DNA of 32,000 nucleotides from Methylophaga frappieri (GTDB taxonomy: Bacteria; Pseudomonadota; Gammaproteobacteria; Nitrosococcales; Methylophagaceae): contig NC_017856.1 in the NCBI RefSeq assembly GCF_000260965.1, positions 1,350,001 to 1,382,000 on the forward strand. Direction: 5' to 3'. Made by a program: the position numbers and the translations under genes. The notes beneath the pieces were generated by a model. That model was not told the DNA's origin, searched no databases, and saw only the letters and a program-made list of their open reading frames with translations. Shown piece after piece: positions 28,862 through 32,000 of the stretch (within the stretch, counting starts at the first letter, position 1; the number at the start of each line of letters is the position of its first letter).

Positions 28862-28897
28862 ATAAATGATTATCATTTGCCACGGATAATCATTCAC
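28862..28897 (+). promoter_or_regulatory. two overlapping Fur boxes on a sigma-70-like promoter (-35 TTGACT 28849-28854, -10 TATCAT 28871-28876)
   Basis: ataaatgattatcatttgc (28862-28880) and gccacggataatcattcac (28879-28897) each match GATAATGATAATCATTATC at 13 of 19 positions by hand. The cores AATGATTATCATT and GATAATCATT are near-perfect. The spacer is 16 bp. Confidence 0.7.
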
Positions 28898-29052
28898 AGT
28901 CAGGTTCCCCCCACTTTAAACCTGCCTGATTGAACTCTGTTTCGGCGCAACATCACCGAGCTCCGTTCAGTATCGCCTGCATTATTCATCCCCCCGCTTT
29001 GTAAATCGTTTTTTCAGCCCGACTCAATTGCTGTTTCGGGCTGGTGTTTTTT
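28883..29052 (+). ncRNA. candidate Fur-controlled leader RNA or sRNA with two homologous C-rich modules
   Basis: This is the predicted transcript from the Fur-box promoter to the terminator at 29015-29052. No ORF exceeds 7 codons. Motif tccccccRcttt occurs twice (28906-28917 and 28989-29000). Each copy is followed by a homologous hairpin containing ctgtttcgg (28937-28945 and 29031-29039). Confidence 0.3.
29015..29052 (+). terminator. intrinsic terminator 20 nt upstream of the TonB-dependent receptor start codon
   Basis: The stem pairs CAGCCCGA (29015-29022) with TCGGGCTG (29036-29043) around a 13-nt loop. It is followed by GTG, TTTTTT, A, TTTT. The receptor Shine-Dalgarno AAGGGGA starts immediately after the T tract. 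Confidence 0.7.
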
Positions 29053-29071
29053 ATTTTAAGGGGATTCCAGA

Positions 29072-31069
29072 ATGGAGATTAAGCGTTTACGCCTGTCAAT
29101 CGTTATTGGCATGGCGGGACTTGGCTCACTGCCCAGTGCGGTATTTAGCGCCACAGAACAAACAAACACAGCAGCGCTTCCACCAATGACCGTTGTCACT
29201 GCCTCCGGTTATGAACAGGAAATAGTCGATGCACCGGCATCAATTACCGTCATTACCAAAGAAGATCTACAAGGACGCGAATATCGTGATCTGACCGATG
29301 CCTTATTGGATGTGCCTGGGGTGACCGTTGAAGGCGGCACCAGTACTTCCGGTAAGGGTGGCGCGCCACAAGTGTCGTTTCGTGGTCTCGATCCAAAATA
29401 TACTTTGATTCTGGTTAATGGTCGCGCACAAAACTCCTCTCAATCCTATTACAACGGCTTTGGTTCAGGCGCCGAATACAGCTGGTTGCCCCCTTTATCG
29501 GTCATTGAACGAATTGAGGTCATTCGAGGCCCAATGTCGTCTTTGTATGGCTCCGACGCATTAGGTGGGGTTATCAACGTCATCACAAAGCCGGTTGGCG
29601 ATGAATGGCATGGCGAGTTAACGATTGAACAAACTCAGCCCCAAGACGCCAAGTTCGGTGACAGTGATCAATATCGCTATTATTTGTCTGGGCCATTAAA
29701 TGAGGCCAAAACACTGGGCTTAACGCTTTATGGCAACCAATATAACCACGATCAGGCTGATTTTATTGGTGGCTCTGCAGATAAGGATAACCAATCCAAC
29801 TCTGCCAAATTGAGCTGGCAAGCCAGCAAAAACAATTTTTTCGAACTGGATGCCAACTACGCTACCCAGGAGATGGAAGACTCCAGTATTTCACGCAGTG
29901 GTGAATTGACGGATTCGCAATTGGAAACCGATCGTCGCAGTTATGGCCTGAGCCATGATTATGACTGGAATGGTCAGGCAAAAACGCATAGCTACCTGCA
30001 ACAATCCATCTTGCATAACCGCACACAGGATGCACGGTATGAACGTCTCACTTTTAATACCCAAACGGCTATTTTCTTCGATACCAGCACACTGACTATT
30101 GGCGGCCAGTATCGCGAACAGGAAACCGAAAACCCGAGTCGTGCAATTGGTGAACCTAACCTGAAACGCTGGGATGGCGCATTGTTTGCTGAGAATGAAT
30201 GGCTTATTACCGATAATTTTGCGTTAACGACTGGCGCTCGTTTTATCAAAGATGAAGAATACGGTAATGAAATCACCCCTCGCGTATATGGTGTCTATAA
30301 ATTTACCCAGAACGTCAGCGTCAAAGGGGGCTACAGTACCGGTTACCGCACACCAGATCTGAAACAAGGTACAGATGACTGGGTCGAAGGCGGTGGTGGT
30401 GGGGGTACCGATGGCGCTGACATTGGTAACAGCAGCCTGAAACCAGAAAGTAGTAAAACCTACGAACTCGGTCTTTACTGGACGCATCCTGAAGGCGTGT
30501 TGGCCTCATTAACCGCGTATCAGACGAAATATGAAGATAAAATCGAAAAACCCATTATCTGTGATCGGCGTGTTGGACCAGAGCTAACCTGCATTTATGG
30601 TGGTTATGATTACGAAGCGGTATATCAATACATCAATGTGGACGAAGCCGAGTTGAAAGGCTTGGAAGCAGCATTGCAATTCCCGCTTTCAGACACGATT
30701 CGGGTCAACATGAACTTTACCCTGAGTGATACGGAAATCACCTCTGGTGAACTAAAAGGTAACCCGTTGAATAACTATCCAAAACGGATGTTCAACTTAG
30801 GCCTGAACTGGCGTGTCACGCCCAAGTTACGGATGTGGTCCCGGGCACGCTACAAGAGCGAAACTGAACAAACTGTTGGTGGTCGTGGTGGCCCAACCCA
30901 ATATCCATCTTATACCGTCGTTGATGCGGGTCTTGGCTATGATATTTCTGACAACGTCTCAATCTATGGTGGTATTTACAACGCGCTGGATAAAGAAATC
31001 CTGCCAGATGATTACGGCAAAACACTGGAAGGACGGCGTTTTTCAGCAGGCATTACCGTCGGCTTTTAA
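29072..31069 (+). CDS. TonB-dependent outer-membrane receptor (siderophore/iron-complex type)
   Basis: 665 aa with a signal peptide, a plug domain carrying the TonB-box-like PPMTVVTAS and the IEVIRGPMSSLYGSDALGGVINVITK motif. It has a beta-barrel body and ends in ...GITVGF with a terminal Phe. Fur boxes lie upstream. Confidence 0.92.
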   Translation: MEIKRLRLSIVIGMAGLGSLPSAVFSATEQTNTAALPPMTVVTASGYEQEIVDAPASITVITKEDLQGREYRDLTDALLDVPGVTVEGGTSTSGKGGAPQVSFRGLDPKYTLILVNGRAQNSSQSYYNGFGSGAEYSWLPPLSVIERIEVIRGPMSSLYGSDALGGVINVITKPVGDEWHGELTIEQTQPQDAKFGDSDQYRYYLSGPLNEAKTLGLTLYGNQYNHDQADFIGGSADKDNQSNSAKLSWQASKNNFFELDANYATQEMEDSSISRSGELTDSQLETDRRSYGLSHDYDWNGQAKTHSYLQQSILHNRTQDARYERLTFNTQTAIFFDTSTLTIGGQYREQETENPSRAIGEPNLKRWDGALFAENEWLITDNFALTTGARFIKDEEYGNEITPRVYGVYKFTQNVSVKGGYSTGYRTPDLKQGTDDWVEGGGGGGTDGADIGNSSLKPESSKTYELGLYWTHPEGVLASLTAYQTKYEDKIEKPIICDRRVGPELTCIYGGYDYEAVYQYINVDEAELKGLEAALQFPLSDTIRVNMNFTLSDTEITSGELKGNPLNNYPKRMFNLGLNWRVTPKLRMWSRARYKSETEQTVGGRGGPTQYPSYTVVDAGLGYDISDNVSIYGGIYNALDKEILPDDYGKTLEGRRFSAGITVGF

Positions 31070-32000
31070 ATCACATTGGGATTACCCGCTGCCAAGGCAG
31101 CGGGTAATCGAATCTGTAAACACGTAGATGCACGTTCTACAAAACTAATTTCGCCGCCATTATTACGAACAATTTGTCGGGCAATAGCCAGACCCAGCCC
31201 GGTTCCCGGCGTATTACTGTATTGTTTTTTAAACCGGGAAAACATACTGTCTGCCAGCGCCACAGGTAATGACGTGCCCGCATCCTGTATCTCAATGACC
31301 AGACTGCCGTTCTGCTGCGTAAGGCGAATCTCCGTCTCCCCTTTGCCATGATGCAATGCATTACTCAACACATTGGTAACGACTTCCATCATCGCACTGT
31401 ACTCGGCAACGCAGTAATAGGTTTCTGTTTGGCAATCAAAAGTAATCTGTCGTTGCTGGGAGGCAAACAACGGCGCCGTATCCTCAATACACTCCTGAAT
31501 TAGATCTGCCATATCAATCAACCGCTGATCATGCAACGCGGTTTGTTGATGCTCGTGCCGGGCCAGCGATAATAATTGCTCGACCAATAAACGCATTTGA
31601 TCCCGTTGTCGGAGCATTGCGGCAATATCCGTCTGCCCGGTATTTTGTAGCTCTTGAATATGCAAATCCAGAATGGTCAACGGCGTACGGAGTTCATGAG
31701 CGGCATCGGCAACAAATACTTTCTCACGTTGAACAGCATGCATCAGCCGCTCCAGCGCCTGATTAGCAGCCTCTACCAGTGGCATGATCTCACGCGGCAA
31801 GCCCGCATCAGGAATACGCTTTTCCTTATCACTCGGCGTGATGGTTTCGGCAACACGGGCAGCGGCCCGAACAGGTTTAAGAATCCATAATAGTAACAAC
31901 GGTATCAAGGTTGCCAAGGCAATTAAACTTAACGGAATCAGCAGCAACAGACTGTTAAAGAGTCGCTCCAACATCACCCGTTGGAGGATTTCACGTTGTT
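31066..32000 (-). CDS. two-component sensor histidine kinase, N-terminus cut by the window edge
   Basis: It has a TM helix plus a HAMP-like segment, the H-box ADAAHELRTPL, an N box VLSNALHHG and the G box GTGLGLAIARQIV. The reading frame stays open upstream of the GTG at 31977 to position 32000, so the true start is probably outside the window. Confidence 0.85.
   Translation of the reverse strand, partial: QREILQRVMLERLFNSLLLLIPLSLIALATLIPLLLLWILKPVRAAARVAETITPSDKEKRIPDAGLPREIMPLVEAANQALERLMHAVQREKVFVADAAHELRTPLTILDLHIQELQNTGQTDIAAMLRQRDQMRLLVEQLLSLARHEHQQTALHDQRLIDMADLIQECIEDTAPLFASQQRQITFDCQTETYYCVAEYSAMMEVVTNVLSNALHHGKGETEIRLTQQNGSLVIEIQDAGTSLPVALADSMFSRFKKQYSNTPGTGLGLAIARQIVRNNGGEISFVERASTCLQIRLPAALAAGNPNVI

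Noticed and set aside
28883-29052. Cobalamin (btuB-type) riboswitch upstream of the TonB-dependent receptor.
   Set aside because: Only a short ACCTGCC resembles part of the B12 box. The conserved GGGAA and GGTG core elements are absent. The roughly 170-nt leader from the Fur-box promoter is too short and too C-rich. Fur boxes argue for iron control rather than B12 control.
30388-30406. G-rich run ggcggtggtggtgggggt in the receptor gene, as a possible phase-variation tract.
   Set aside because: It is not a homopolymer or a perfect short tandem repeat. It encodes a Gly-rich stretch (GGGGGG), presumably an extracellular loop, and keeps the frame.
1-32000. Search for a defence island, prophage, IS element, integron, CRISPR array or toxin-antitoxin pair.
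   Set aside because: Every ORF above about 100 aa has a plausible housekeeping, transport or envelope assignment. There is no transposase, integrase, recombinase, reverse transcriptase or nuclease/ATPase pair. There are no spaced direct repeats and no flanking tRNA. Gene order matches conserved gammaproteobacterial synteny.

Overview
The window reads as conserved gammaproteobacterial chromosome, densely packed with housekeeping genes. I see no rRNA or tRNA genes, no CRISPR array, no transposase or integrase, and no recognisable defence or toxin-antitoxin cassette. Minus strand 81-7113 carries gmk, rpoZ, spoT, ridA, recG, ubiC and ubiA. Plus strand 7332-11122 carries a Fur-box-preceded Fe(III) ABC importer. 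At 11116-12228 a MerR-family regulator sits divergent from a TehB-like methyltransferase, across a textbook MerR-type promoter. Next come yicC, then rph, rdgB, hemW and a small secreted protein on the plus strand. Minus strand 16443-20574 carries an aminotransferase, hom, thrC and a coupled membrane protein. These are followed by an HDOD protein, DoxX, an ATL (MGMT-like, Cys to Trp) protein and an SDR. An envelope cluster follows, with a DsbG-like CPYC oxidoreductase, an NlpC/P60 lipoprotein and an S1 serine protease. The window ends with yrdA, yadHG, a DUF3144 protein, a Fur-controlled TonB-dependent receptor and a sensor histidine kinase cut by the window edge. I cannot support a novel multi-gene system here. 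The best candidates for undescribed biology are non-coding. (1) A Fur-box promoter drives a roughly 170-nt RNA made of two homologous C-rich modules, ending in a strong intrinsic terminator 20 nt before the receptor start codon. (2) A 399-bp ORF-poor but hairpin-rich gap lies between convergent genes, while five of the other six convergent junctions in this window have no spacer. (3) A MerR regulator with a CueR-type C-x7-C loop is wired to a methyltransferase rather than to an efflux gene.
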